Below, one piece after another: positions 1-14,010 of a DNA stretch of 64,000 nt. The notes under the pieces are model-generated. The model saw only the letters and a list, made by a program, of their open reading frames with translations. It had not been told where the DNA came from and searched no databases. Position 1 is the stretch's first letter; every line of letters begins with the position of its first letter. The translations under genes were made by a program, and so were the position numbers. Origin of the DNA: Paraphysomonas bandaiensis (lineage: Eukaryota; Protista; Chrysophyceae); contig CBFFRP010000077.1 of assembly GCA_965644295.1 (NCBI GenBank), positions 62,001-126,000 on the forward strand, in the 5' to 3' direction.

Positions 1-844
1 AATTTTAATTAAAGCAATGCTTACTTATATAGTACACCTACTGTCTCTTACTCTCTCGTAGAACCACACATGTAACATGCTAGCTTCAAATATATAGATT
101 GCAGGTAGAGATTCTGGGTGACGTATCTTGAGTAGCCTGATGTTAATAACTGCCTATAGGGTAGCTGCATGTATGCAATTCAGTGTGTTGTATTTCTGTG
201 ACTCTAGCGAGATCATTGTCCGTCCCACTTAACTAATCATCATGTGCTGTTTGCTGCACTTCTTCTGTTGTTGCTTCTCGTACTGTTGTTTCTCTCACCT
301 TGATAATACTACTAACCGCTACTGTGTAAACCATCAGAGTTACACTACCTTTCCCCCCTCTTTTAATCAAAATAACATAGATGAACTCAAAATGAATGTT
401 GATTGACCTCTGGGGAAAGCGTAGCGCAAACTCGGAGTCTTCCAGTACCATCGTCGTCGGATAAGTTCGGATATTCTTCAGTTGAGTTCTTCCGATATCT
501 TGTAAACTGTTTTTAAAAAGTTGCTAGGTATCTAGGTATATGCCATGACTACTGGAGTGGTACGACGGATCTACACAAAGGATTTTGTTTCTATGCGGTA
601 ATTCTTCATCTGACCTTGAAACACTTTCCCTATTTTATTAAAAGTGTAACTGATATGACTGCTGCTATCAATGGATATAGGTTTAGCTACGTAAGTTTTA
701 TCATGGGTATCTGTTAATGTGCTGGAGTTCTATAGTTATGGATTACATTTCAATGGCTATACAAGTGAAGTCTTAGAGCTTCATCCGCATTATTCACTAT
801 TTACATCATTCTAATCGGAAGCCTTAAAATTCACGACGTACATT

Positions 845-3800
845 CTACTTTATATTATTTCTTTTTCCAAAAGGGTTTTTCAACATTTTTTCCTTAGCAC
901 TTTCTCGTACCACAGGCTTTGCAGATGTTAAGGGTACTGAGGATGGTGACGGAGTAGAACGCTTTTTCGTGGTTGTATTTGACGATATTTGCTTGGAGTT
1001 GTCACTGGTTTCCTCCGTTTTCAATGGACTATCCTTGGAAGCATTGCTGTGAGAAAGTTCAGAATAAGATGGCGGAAGTATGTCGCCGCCAGACACTTCT
1101 GAATCTATAAGAACAGGTTTAGGCGGGTCAACGGTGCTGTCAAATTGGCGAGACTGTAAAGAAATATTCCGCTCGCTTTGGGAGACTGTACTATCACGTA
1201 GGGAGGGATGATTTAAATGTAGTTCGGTCTCGTTCACACTGTGAGTACATTTTAACGAAGGCACCGGAAACGTGGTAGATAATTGGGCAGTAGAATTCTC
1301 TGATGACTCCATCGGCATTACACAGTTACTACTCCAAGAGATGCCCAGCGGAACCATTCCACTGTATGCAGCTTTCTTAAACTCATAAAAGTCGAGAACC
1401 CCATCTCCATTCATGTCCACTTTACTTCCAACTTTAATAGCATAAGCACGTGCTTCATCCCAACTTATTCCAGCAGATACCATGACCAAATTTGTCAGTT
1501 CATTCACATCAAGTGCGTTGCTTCGATCCCTATCGTAGGCCTGAAACATGAGCTCTAATTTCTCATCATTACTTCCATTCGTTAGTTTCGCAAAACCAAT
1601 AGCGATTTCGGTTAAGGAGAGGGCCCCATTTCCATCTAGATCAAAAGCATGAAAAATATCGTAAGCAAACTTTTCCTCGAAATTCAACTGTGGGCTAGTA
1701 AGAGCCTGAATGAACAGCTGGCGATCAATTTCAGAAACATTTTTGTGCTTGAAGTAGTCGTAAAAGTCGCTGATTAAATTGACATCAATATCCTTATTAT
1801 AACGTGCACACTGCTTCTTTATATCCCGTATTGCAACCTCTTTAGATCCCATGTGCAAACCATTTGCGAGGGGCTTCTCACAAGCATTCATTTGAACAGG
1901 GCTGAAGCTTGATGTCGTGTTTGCAGTCAGGTAGATGGTTATACAGGGAATAGTTTCAGTGCGATATAATTCTGCAAAACGAATCATTTCACTGAAGTCA
2001 GTTTGGAGGGTCAAAGGAACACATTCATTATTCACATTATGAAACAACGAGACGTCCATTTGACACATTGCACACAGTCTATTTCGCAACATTGTCAGTG
2101 AGATATCTCTCGGAACTGTACACGCATAAGCCATTTCAAATCTTCTGAACTCGTTCCCCTTTTCCCATAGAGGAACTGCACTGATATTAACGCGTGAATT
2201 GAAAGAAACCCATTCGTTTGAGAGAATTGGGACACCTGGCGTGACGTCAACTTCCATCTCTGATTCCCTAAGAGCGATGAAGCCTTCAGCATAAGCGTCA
2301 TTTAGCCTTTCAACCCAGATATCTACTAAGGCTAAGCACTCAGAAGAAATACAATCTACAATAGGTGTTCGGATGGTTGCATGACATTGCCATATCTTTT
2401 CCACAAACTGTAACAGCGCGGCACACATATCAGCTAACTCCTGAGAGTACCTTAACGAGCCTTTACGCAGTTCACGACATACAACATCATGCAGATGGCA
2501 TATTGCATCTACATGATCCACATTAAATACCATCGTATAAAGAGAAATATCCATGAGCAACAACTCCTGTAGGCTTGCAACAGTCATTCTAATGGTACTA
2601 ATAGTGTAAATTGGGCCAACATATGCTCCAAGTACCTCAGATAACGTGTGCCTGTTTCGTTTGAACTTACTAAATAGACCAAAAAAACCATCCGCAACAC
2701 CGCGAGATACACATACAGGCACAAGTGACCGGTGCTTCATACAGTCAACGAGGAATGACGCAACACAATGTCCACATTCAGATGAGGGTAGAAGGGAGAC
2801 GCAGTGCTTCACAATGTCAGTAGTACGCTCGTCACCTAATATATCCACGAATTCGAATTCCAGCAATAGGCGAACTACTTGTATAGCAGACTGTATGAGC
2901 GATGCAATTACTTCATCATCAGGGTAGGAAACTGCACACCTCAATTGACTTGCAACTACAGAGTGAATATCAGTTTCTCTCCACACCTCCCCACAAAAAT
3001 CTTTCGAGGCAGACAAGACCTCTGACAAACACATGTTTAGTGATATGCATACGTACCAGCTGGAGCTGTGTGTGGGCCAGTTGTGCCGATAGAACACTTG
3101 AACTTTGTCAAAAATACTCTGCAATACTGAATAATGAAAAGCCCTCTTACACAGAATATATATACCTTATGAAGTGGGACTGAAGGTGAGCAGAGAGGCA
3201 GCAGATATTTCAGAACAAGCGCAATGTTCATAACCGCCACAGCGTCATACACGCCTGAGCATATCATTCTACCGAGAATGATGTGAGCCATGTGCAAAAT
3301 ATCAAACAATTCCCGTTCATTTATTCCAACTGCAGCCGGAATATTAGTGTGTCTTGAGTCAAAGGAATGAGTAAACCCACAGAGAACTGCCAGTGCTCCA
3401 ATTGCACTGCGGAGTAAGGGTAACTCGATCATATCTTGACGAAGGAGCTTCACTATTCTACTACGAAATTCAAGTCGCAACATGCATTCCAAGCAACCTG
3501 AATTGGTTTCAGAAAAAGCTCCAATGCATCGCATGATTGCAGCAAGGATGTCTTGGTTCCACGTCGTGACAGTGGCGTGTTCATCAAGTAGTTGTACGAG
3601 TCGGAAGGGGAACCTCTCGCTCTCCAGAACCTGCCGAGTAAAAGCATTATCTGGATGCCACACATTATTTTCCACGTTTGTTCGAATGTTAGTAATATTA
3701 GGACCGATGATATAATCTCTAAGGGCATGTAGACAGGGGGTATATACAGCAAGCTGCATCGACGAAGGTACATTAGGAGTCAGAAGGGCGCATATGCGAC

Positions 3801-4545
3801 GAATTATTGAGCCGTCAGAAGACCCTCTGACAAACTACATAAGTAATTCAAACATTTCACAAAATTTTACATACATCTTGCCAGAGTGAGTTATGCCCTC
3901 GAATACTTGAAATATTGTAGGGGCGTATTCGAACTTCTCGTCGGAGGTGTGACACAGTTGTACGATGGACAAAATAGTCCGCACTTTGCATACGCCCTGC
4001 ATTACCGTCTTCCAATCCAGCGAATACAACTCGTCCAGTAAACGTTGACTGCCCTCCAATAGTATACCTTTTATTTCTTCATGAGTAGCAGCTTTCTCAT
4101 CAGTTGACAGCGAAGGATACTCTCGATGGATTGCAATCATATCAACGTATCCATGTTGTCGAGATAGAATTCGGCGTTGTTTCTCATTAAAATCTGGAAT
4201 AGGGGAGAACTGGCGAAAGAAGTTGGCCATTTCAGTCAATACTTTCTTTCTACTATACGTAGGTGATATATTATGTCGTTTCATCCCAACTGTGTCGGGG
4301 GACCGATGCACCATACCAAGCCACTTCAACATTGTATCCAAAAATTCTTCCTCAGATATCATCCCATCTCCATTAAAATCCATCATATTCATACAAGAAA
4401 GTAATTCGACATTTGAGGGCCGGGTATTGCTGTTTATTTTAGTCATGATGTCCGAAACCTCAGACATCGACAAGCGACCATCTTTGTCAGAGTCAGCCAC
4501 TTTAAACAAATTAGAAATTTCTTCAACGGTGTGTTCACAGTGCAT
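845..4545 (-). CDS. Large multi-EF-hand Ca2+-binding protein (N-terminal EF-hand pair, helical/ARM-like middle, PB1-like segment, C-terminal EF-hands); at least 3 exons
   Basis: ORFs 3835-4584, 3037-3759 and 845-3124 join in frame through plausible ~50-nt GT-AG introns (near 3830-3875 and 3119-3167). EF loops are DSDKDGRLSMSE, DFNGDGMISEEE, DLDGNGALSLTE, DRDRSNALDVNE and DMNGDGVLDFYE. The true start is uncertain (4545 to ~4640). Confidence 0.85.
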
Positions 4546-4814
4546 CTGTACAGCAAAAAGAACTGATTGTGCGGAATAAGCCAAGCGACCTGTTTACAAT
4601 CATATTGCGCGGACAATTGACCGAACTGTAGAATTCATCTCATTTCACTGGCAAAAATAGGAATTTCCAGTCGGCGTCCAAATTTTTTTAACTAGGAATT
4701 CCTACGAAGATTTATGTAAAATGAATTACACAACCTAAACTAAAAAATCCCGTTTTTTCACTAAAAATGTAACAAAACTACACATTCTCAAGAAAATAAT
4801 CGGCATATGTCTGC

Positions 4815-4933
4815 TACATACATACATACATACATACATACATACATACATACATACATACATACATACATACATACATACATACATACATACATACATA
4901 CATACATACATACATACATACAAACATACATAC

Positions 4934-4964
<31 letters not shown>

Positions 4965-5141
4965 CATACATACATACATACATACATACATACATACATA
5001 CATACATACATACATACATACATACATACATACATACATACATACATACATACATGCATCCATCCATCCATCCATCCATACATACACATACATACATACA
5101 TACATACATACATACACATACATACATACATACATACATAC

Positions 5142-5172
<31 letters not shown>

Positions 5173-5196
5173 CATGCATACATACATACACATACA
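4815..5196. repeat. (TACA)n/(TATG)n microsatellite, ~380 bp, with some variant units
   Basis: Directly visible; interruptions TCCA, CACA, CTTA and CAAA. Confidence 0.99.
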
Positions 5197-5329
5197 GTAC
5201 AGGACATGTACGTATATACCGCCGTATACCCATATACCCACCAGTCGGTAAAAGATATGTCGCATCTCATTCCACAAGACTCATCCAGTGTGTACGAAGG
5301 TGTGTCTGTGCAGGTATTCGACTATGAGT

Positions 5330-6693
5330 GCCCCTGGCAGAGGTAGTTAACTCATCACTTGTGATATTTTATTATATATATACACGTGTACTCCACTTTA
5401 TACTCCCGACCATCAGCCAAAGAAGCTGTCCAGGAAGAAACTACGTAGTTTTTCTACTGTTGAGGATGTGATCAGTGCAATCAACTCATGTAACAATATT
5501 TTAGTCATCAGCGGGACTGGTATATATCAGTGTCGTGTAGTATTCCAGATTTTCGATCGAAGAATGGTATATACAATACTCTCTGCTCCCAAGATATTGG
5601 AATTCCAGCTGCTGAGTTGCTCTTTGATTTATCATACTTTTGATGGAGCCATGTAGGTAGTCGTTGTAATATGCGTTGAGTGTGTTAGTTTTGTGCTTCG
5701 TATCAGAAACCGTTTTACAAGTATGCTCATAATTTGACTCCACCCCTTCACTGTCACATCACTTTGTTGCCTAGAGTCCAGGAAGAAAATTCTGCGTAAT
5801 TACACACAAAATATCGACGGTCTTGAGAGGGTGGCTGGAGTAACACGGCTTTCTGAGTGCCACGGGCCAATGGGCCTCTTCAAGTGCGTTAAGTGTAAGA
5901 GAAAGATAAATCGAGAGGAAGGTATTAGATCCATCTATTTCCAGGTATTTAAAAGACGATATTAACCGCTGTGACTTGGTACTTGTAATGGGTACCTCGC
6001 TTAAAGTCGGTGGCGCGGTGTTGTCATTATTGAGAGATATCAAATCGGACGTTCCCCAGATTCTGTTGAATCTTGAGGCAGTGTCGCCACCAAAAGGACT
6101 CAGCGATGGATTTGACGTCTCTTTACTCGGGAAGTGTGATGAGGTGATAGCCTGGTTATATACAACCTTATGGGGTAAGCGTAACTCGTAGCAGACGCTG
6201 ATTGACCGAATTCATCTGTTGCTATTGAATTGTGTTTTTGATTGAGATTAACTGTTCTACAGATATTAATTCCTCAAGTTTTGCACCTGCAAAGATAAAC
6301 AAAAATCGCAAGCGGAAAGTTACTGAAGCAACTGTATCGTACGAAGGGACTATTCGAGAGTCGACCAAAGAGTTGCCCTGCTCTCGCCGCAAAGGTGAAA
6401 GAGTGTATTGTTTCACGACTCCTGGTGAGGACCTAAACCCTGATCTGGAAGGGTGTCCTGTGGTATCTCCGTACGTCACAGATACTGAATACAATGATAG
6501 CTCAGAGCAGAATCGTAATAAAGGTATTGACCTCCCTCTTCCCAGTGCCGATATGTCTATGGAGACAAAAGTTACGTATGACCCTCAGTCTGACGACGAT
6601 AAAACTAGTATATGCTTTGCGAAACGCAGCACTGGAAGAAATTTGCGTCAATCACGGTGTACGTCGAGAAGTGATGATTTTGTGTACTTTTAG
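5330..6693 (+). pseudogene. Decayed class I sirtuin (Sir2/SIRT1-like NAD-dependent deacetylase)
   Basis: Motifs NILVISGTGI-SVSCSIPDFRS (broken by a 2-nt insertion near 5522), LRNYTQNIDGLE, ECHG...CVKC, LVMGTSLKV and DVSLLGKCD lie in shifting frames with stops. The second CxxC and the KPxIVFFGE segment are missing. Confidence 0.85.
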
Positions 6694-7511
6694 TTTGCAT
6701 GTTTTAGCGTTCTCGTCAGTGATGTATATTTGTGGTATATTATAATTATTACTGAATAAGATACTGTTGAGTTTTACTTAAAGTTGAGCAATTTAGTGCT
6801 GTAGTTTTAGTTTTATGATTTTTGATTTATTATTGTTTGTGATATAAGAACGTCTGATTATTACAGGAAACATTGTTTGTGATAAATACTGTATATGAAG
6901 ACAGTATTCGATGAAATATTTCAGGTAAATTGAAATGTAATGACTGTATGAGTGGCTGTCTAAAACGTTGGGAATTATCTATAGTAATGTTGGAAATGGA
7001 AAGTTGAAACAGATGACGACACTTATAGGTAATTGAAAGCGGTGTTCACAGAGTTCAGTTAAACTATTCTAATGATATGGTAGCGCAGACGTAAAGTTTC
7101 TACCTAAGTTTGTTCAGTTTGGAGTGGTAAACTAGGTCAAGAAGATAAAGATAAAGGTATGGCTAATGAGAAAAAACAAGTAAAAGGTTGGGTTTGCAAA
7201 ATGAGACTAGTAGTGCACTCATCAGACAATGCGTCAGTGGTTACAACAAAATATAATTAGTACAGCAGCGTGGTAGCCAGTAAACCATCAAGAGCACGCT
7301 TGGCCACATGACGAAAACAACCAAAGCCTTACTGTGAATAGTATATATTGTTTCACCAAGCGGTCTCTCTAGTACCTGGAATGCTAACCATAATTCTGAT
7401 ATAAAATCAGAGAACAATTCACTAGATGTACAACAATCACTGCTTTATCATTATTATAATATATATATATATAGAGAGAGAGAGACTTATTCGGTGAAGT
7501 TATATTAGTTA

Positions 7512-7960
7512 CCCTGAAGAAGGTCGGACTCGCACCTTTTCGTGTGGTGTTCGGGGAATAAATCATAGCTAAATGCTTGTGTGGTACAAGGGACACTACG
7601 TAGTAAGGAATAAACAGGCATCCGGGACAGGGCTCATCTGAAGGGCAACCGGGAATAGGCCGACCTGAAGGGTAACCGGGGTATTGGGCTGCCTGCTGAA
7701 GTCAAGCATCCGGGATGTTCACCTTAAGGACTCAAAAATCAGATGTCAGGTATATCAACATTTTGCTTGCTCACAGTTTTAGCTTTGAGTGATAGAGCGA
7801 AAGTGGTTGCACCTTGGTACTTGCGGTGACGCACAAGCAGCGTCCGTAGCGTTAAATTGTAGGATATCAGAGTTAAGCACTAGTTGGTTAAATTGCTTTT
7901 TGCTAAATTAGTTCTGACTCTTAAACGCCTATATTGCAAATAATAAGACATTCACTACTA
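7512..7960 (+). mobile_element. Ribozyme-headed SINE-like retroposon (family A), degenerate copy retaining the 46-nt intron-like segment
   Basis: Starts CCCTGAAGAAGGTCGGACTCGCACC, contains 27-bp GGGCATCCGGG repeats, and has a LINE-type tail ending AAGACATTCACTACTA. Confidence 0.85.
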
Positions 7961-9139
7961 TATGCTAACCATCGGCAATACTATTTCTAGTGCAGCAGCT
8001 GCTCACGGTTCCTCACTTGAGCGCATTTCGCTGAGGAGTACTCTAGTAGGTATATATGTATTCAGCGACCATCCGGCTTGTAGGCTATTGTATAGTAGTT
8101 GTTCTTGTGCTGTGGACGGTCCACTGTTGCAGCGCAATGCTATGCTGCTGTGATATGTTTTGTTTTGATGTAGAGTTGTTTGATGTTGTTGAGTGCTGGT
8201 TAGGTGTGTAGTAGTAGGCATGATTAAGTTATACATAAATACAGTAATAATGTAGGTAGTGTACTAATTTTGAAGGTTAGGTAGAAAAGGGTATACCTAT
8301 GCACAATAAGAAACTATAAAGGTATTATATTTTACTATAATAATATACCAATCTTTAATAAGTGCCTCAATAAACTTGCCGCTAGCCCGCAGTCATGCCA
8401 ACTACTAAAAATAGGTAGAAGAAATAATAAAAGCCAAAATAGTTACGTAAGCCTGTTGTTATCCCCGTACAGAATGCTAGCTGCCATTGGAGTGAAAGCT
8501 GGGCTTACAGGTGGTGTACTGTATATGTATATAGTGTAGTGCGGACAGTCAGCAAGCAACAGTATGACAGCCAGGGACGGATAATAATATATTGCAACAA
8601 GCAATAATAATAATTATATTTTAAAGACTATGTAATAATAAATAAAAAATATAGTGTAGTAAGTAAAAACAAATAATTGCAATATATTGCAATCAATTAT
8701 ATTTTTACCTAGCCCTGAGTGTAGTGTAGTATATGTGCAGTCCAATCTAGTATAGAGTAAGGACATATTGTATGCCCAGAGTGTAGTGTGTGATACTTGA
8801 CAAGTTTGAGTGCTAGTCATTATTATCACAGATAACCTCTGAGTGAACAAGTTAATAGCACTGTCGCTTACTATCAACTTGTATCTTGCCTTACAACAAT
8901 TCCACAGCAACACTTTATTAACAACATCATAAAATACTGCATTCTTCACCAACAGCTATAATTCATTAGCTTGAATTACTCGCTTTAGGCATAACTCAAC
9001 ATTACAACAATGTATATATTATATATACACTCCGCTATTCCAGGCATTTCAAAACATTAACAAAGAGGTAAAATATGTTAACTGTTTACCAATTCTTCCT
9101 ATCTGCTAAGTATAAATACAAAAGCAGTCTAGTTGTATG

Positions 9140-11173
9140 CTATCGTTTATAGGGTGTGTTAAGAACATGAATAACCTCTGATGACTGATACTTAGCCAAA
9201 AGTAATAGGGTAATTACTGCTTGTGCCATCGTGATGAAAAACACCACCCGCCATCCCCATGAGCCTTTAATATGTGTTATACACACAGAAACAACCAAAG
9301 GTCCGGCGAGTCCCGCCACTGCCCCAAATGTGTTACCAATAGTGTTAGTCATCGAGGAGAAGTTGGGGGCAACATCCAGATAACAGCAAGCGATTCCGCA
9401 TTGTGCAGCGCCGTAACAAAATAAAGCAAACACCATAAACGTGAAAGCTAAGCCTAAAAATCACACTGAATAAGAGACACTGCTGTGGACTTGAGTTCTT
9501 ACCAGGAATATCCATAAAACCACATGCGATTAGGCATAAACTAGACCCGCCATACGCAATTTGACTAGCCACCTGCCTGACCGATCGATCATTCCATCCC
9601 TTGTTGACCTACATATCACCACCAGCAAAACGTTCAGCACCAAATACATACTATAATATTTTCGAATGATACTAATTCAAATAGTATACAAAAGGTATTT
9701 CAAACACTTATACCTGAAATTCTTCGAACATCATAGCAAATACTATAACCGCTACAAAATTCGCTGCATACGGTGCTATACTTAGTAGTCCTGAAGATGT
9801 TAGATCATACCCTAACTCATCTGTCAAATACGATGGTATTTCTGTGAGTAACATGTAGCCAATCCATGAAAACGTCCAGTGACTCAAGAATAGTACCAGC
9901 GTCGCAGGATGCGTAAAGAAAGCCTTCCAAGGGATGTCACTTATAGCATGACTACGCTGAAATTTCACATAAGTACGAGGTTTCTTCGTATCTACAGCCG
10001 TTGCTTCATCGGATTTCTCGTACGGGTCTTCAATGCAAATAGAGCCGTAAACTTCTCCATTAGGTAGAATGGTTTCGCCCATAACATCAGCTAGGCTATT
10101 AGATCGACTTTTCATCCCGCTCTGAGAATTTATAAGAGGAGAGTACGCCTCTGTTGGACTATTATCAGCAGTAACACAACCCCCCCGGCCTGTATACCAC
10201 GGCTTTAGAAATTTCACACCACAATTGCACATACTATTCAGGTGAAGTTATCATAACGTAAAGAAGAGCACAAGAACTAAATTACATAGAGCAGATATAC
10301 GGCGCATAGTTTAAATACTTTTGAGAATGTGGGTAAGTTCATCAGAAGTTATATACGGGTGCTCCTCAGGCGAAGAGTGCACTGCGAAAGCATACAACGG
10401 AGTCCAAAGAATGCCCACCACACCAAAAACATAAAATGCTGACGGCCATCCACCGAGCGCAAAGCCCCATAGCGATATATCTCGACTGGTGCTTACAAGA
10501 TATCCACTAAGCGAAAATCCCACAACTTCACCCTGAAAAACATTGCACAACATTGTTAAATGGAGGCCATATAGATAGCAGATATATCACACAAAATACA
10601 CACCAGAAGCATGCCTGAGCCAACTGCTGAAACCATCAAAGTTTTTTCCTCTTGAGGCACCCATCGGGGAAAAAAATGATACACAGAGGGGAACATAGCG
10701 CTCGAAGCCAATCCTACTAAAGCGCGAACTAATAGACCTAATATGAGAGATGACTCACAGGCAGCAGGAAAGAGTAGATTCAATAGAGACGACATGGATA
10801 TTGCAAAGCCAAAAGTATTCTTGCATCCAATTTCGCCTGCGAGTAGCGCAAACGGAATTTGTCCTGCCGCTACATTATAACATATATACTACATGAGATG
10901 TCATTGCTGCTGAAAACCTGCGGGACTTACCATATCCCCAAAAGAAAGCAGATAAAATATACCCTTTCTCCACTTCAGACCAATCCAGATCATCTGTAAG
11001 GTCATAAGGAAGACATGACATTGAGTTATATACCACTTTATTGTGTGGAGTATTGAGGGGAGTGTACCTTTCATCTTCTGTGCAGCTATACTTAAATTAA
11101 CTCGAAGACAATAGTTTATAGTCACCCCACAAAAGAGAAACATCATTGTTTCCCATCTCTTAGACACCATCAT
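9140..11173 (-). CDS. MFS anion:cation symporter (SLC17/sialin/PHT4-like), multi-exon
   Basis: Motifs INYCLRVNLSIA, LSAFFWGY, RWVPQEEK, GWPSAFYVFG, IPWKAFF, LLTEIPSYL and LDVAPNFS in consecutive exons with GT-AG introns. Confidence 0.92.
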
Positions 11174-11724
11174 TGGTGAACAGCAGATGCCTCACACAAG
11201 AGGCTTCCTGTGTTGAGGGTTTAGGATTAAAATTGACCTGAATATGACGAATCTATTGCTTCTTCAGTACTTTTCCACATATCCATATGCTGTGGTCCAG
11301 TTCACATGTGTGAGAGCTCCATACTTTTGGTACATGTAGAGTATACAGTATAGAAAAGCGTAGGATTACGGGAATACACCCTTTATCGAATGAACTGTGT
11401 GAGAAAACGTATACTCTGATATCATTTGTCGAAACTAGCCAATGACATCAATGGTGCATCAACTGCTGCTGCTTGGTGTATGAGTTAAAGCAAATAGAAC
11501 CAAATGAAGTTGTGGGTTGTATTCATGCCTCGAACAATTCGCTGGAGATATGCAGAACCCTGTGATGTACCATAACTTTATCCAGGAGAACTACGGTGTG
11601 TAGTGATTGCAATTATCAACTATTCTTAAGTACGGTTTCAATATCAAATAGATTCGGATATGGTACCTCATTCGTTTCCTCTATCACTTGTATAGCCATC
11701 TGAAGTTCGAGATATCAGATTTCT

Positions 11725-13371
11725 ATGTTTGATGAATACGAACAGTGCTGGCAAAAGTCATGCGAATATGTCGTCAAACTTTCTGATCCGTTTGTTTGGA
11801 GAAACCTTCAGCGCTTAGATGGTGCTCTTAAACGAGTCGATTGGTCAAAAAGCACAGATGTGAACAATATACAACAATTTGCCCGAGAACTTTTGCATTA
11901 CCTTTGGGAACGCTTACATCAAGGTCACTGGCAGAATGTGAATGATGGATACAGGTATATATATGGTCATGTCGCAGCTACACTTGCCGTGTGTCTTTGG
12001 AGTGGTAGAACTGTCGTGAATTGTTCTGCAGTGAGAGTGTATGAAGTAATTGACAACGGGGTTTTATTGGGATCAAGGGAATTAACACACACGCTAAACA
12101 GTTTGAGCAATATGGTCGCTCAAGAAGATGACAAAAAGTCAACACTTCCTTGTTTTATACTCCAACCCTGTAGTCTTCAAACAACGATTCCTCCTATTAA
12201 TAATACTTTGCGGACTGTAATTCAATCACGGATATGCCCCAGCTTAGTGCACTTTTACAACGAGTATTTTGCTGCTGATATGCCGGTGGTGTTGCAGAGG
12301 TGTATTGACGGGCAAGGTGGGTGGCCTGCTCTATCAAAGTGGAAGAACTTAGAGTATATTAATAGTGGTAAGTTCCGGTTTAATTACTTCTTGATTTCGT
12401 TATGTTATTAATCGCCGTGTAGTCTGTGGCCACCGGACAGTTCCAGTTGAACTTGGAGAAAATTATTTGATGCAGTCAGCTGGGCAACGTCTAATGCCTA
12501 TCCGAGAGTTCATTGAAACCCATATTCTTGGACTATTCGGAGTTCCTCTTTCTGGTACCACTACATATGTTCACCAGCAAGAGGGAAGAGATTTGCATGT
12601 AGTGGAGGATGGAAGATCTTTTAAACGTAAGAAATGTGACGAAATATCGGTTAAAGCGAGTGGATATATTGCCCAACATGGTCTGTTCGACCAAATACCA
12701 GAGCTGAAAGCAGATATCGATATACCTGACTACTGTGCTTTACTCCTACCCAGTGAAGAGGATGACCTATCCGCCTCTGAGGTACTTACCAATGCGTGGT
12801 TCGGCCCTGTGGGTACAGTATCCCCTCTTCATCATGATCCCTATCATAACCTACTTGTCCAAGTCCATGGTATGTTTGAATACACAGTAATATGACATTC
12901 TCTGTAAATGGGTTTTTCGTATGTATTGTACAGGGTATAAGTATGTGCGTTTATATGCGCCTGCTGAATCACCTGCTCTGTACCCAATGAAAACAGAAAC
13001 CAGTATGAGCAATAACAGGTAACTTGTACATTATATTCAACATTGTGTTTCATATACCGTTATGAATGTTTCGCAGCTCTGTGAACCTGATGTCTGTGGA
13101 CGCTGAGTTGCACCCTGATATACTTTTGGCGCCTTATTTTGACACTATTTTGGGTCCTGGAGATATGCTGTTTATCCCACGATGGTGGTGGCACTATGTC
13201 ACAGCAGTGCCCTCGTATTCGGCGAGGCAGTATTGGGAGGGCACCAAGAGTACAGATACTACAACACACAACTATTTTTCAGATTTTGAAATTACTAGTA
13301 CTACTGCTATAGATGAGTTGTTCTCATGGTCAGTCAACTTTTGGTGGGGTTCTCGTTTGTTGAAAAAGTAG
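11725..13371 (+). CDS. KDM8: JmjC-domain hydroxylase JMJD5/KDM8-like, 4 exons
   Basis: WERLHQGHW, spliced [63 protein letters not shown] and SVNFWW. Confidence 0.93.
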
Positions 13372-13692
13372 ATTTGGGAAATTGTGTTTATGGAATTACG
13401 ATTGATTATCCGTTTTGAGTTCAGCTAGTTGTGCTTCTTTAACTTTAAGCAGTATATAACAAACTCTACAAATTCTTAGCTAAAGCAGCACCTTAGTCTT
13501 GATACATGATTAATAAACAACTCTATATGGTGGCAGTAGATATGCTATAACATTATGTGATATACGATATACTTACATCCATCTCTTACCTACTACATCA
13601 CCACCTTCATCTTGATGAAGGATAAGTAAACAGCTCTATATTACAGTGTCTGATACACACTGCTAACTGATAGTAATATATGTTGTAAGTGT

Positions 13693-14010
13693 TAGAATTG
13701 GACATTTCACTGAAGATCACTTGCTCTACACGTAAACCTTAATCTTGCTTGTTGAACACAATGCACTTTCAAGTAAGAAATTATAATTATTATTAATCTA
13801 AACACTTCACTACATATTCATGTAACATCTGGTGAACATCTGCTCACCAGTCACTCCTATATCTTATATAGTCACACATCAGTAACTGAATTTAATTTCT
13901 TTGTAATTATAATCAACCGTTACGCCTACGAGTTGACTTCACCTATTGCACACTATTAACTCACTTCAATTGCGCAATATATATCACATCATATTGCAGA
14001 ACTCAACAGT
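13693..14010 (+). repeat. Old dispersed repeat (family B), copy 1
   Basis: Collinear similarity with 27348-27690 (shared blocks TAGAATTGGAC, TTGCTCTACAC, ATCTGGTGAACATCTG, CCAGTCACTCCTATAT, AGTAACTGAATTTA, TATCACATCATA). Confidence 0.8.

Noticed and set aside
1-840. Short ORF 233-451 and surrounding AT-rich sequence
   Set aside because: No recognisable domain, repeat termini or splice pattern that I can support.
4735-5346. ORFs of MYVC/HTYI repeats (also at 14609-15385, 24085-25184 and 60066-60484)
   Set aside because: They are stop-free translations of (TATG)n microsatellites, and the real genes start at downstream ATGs.
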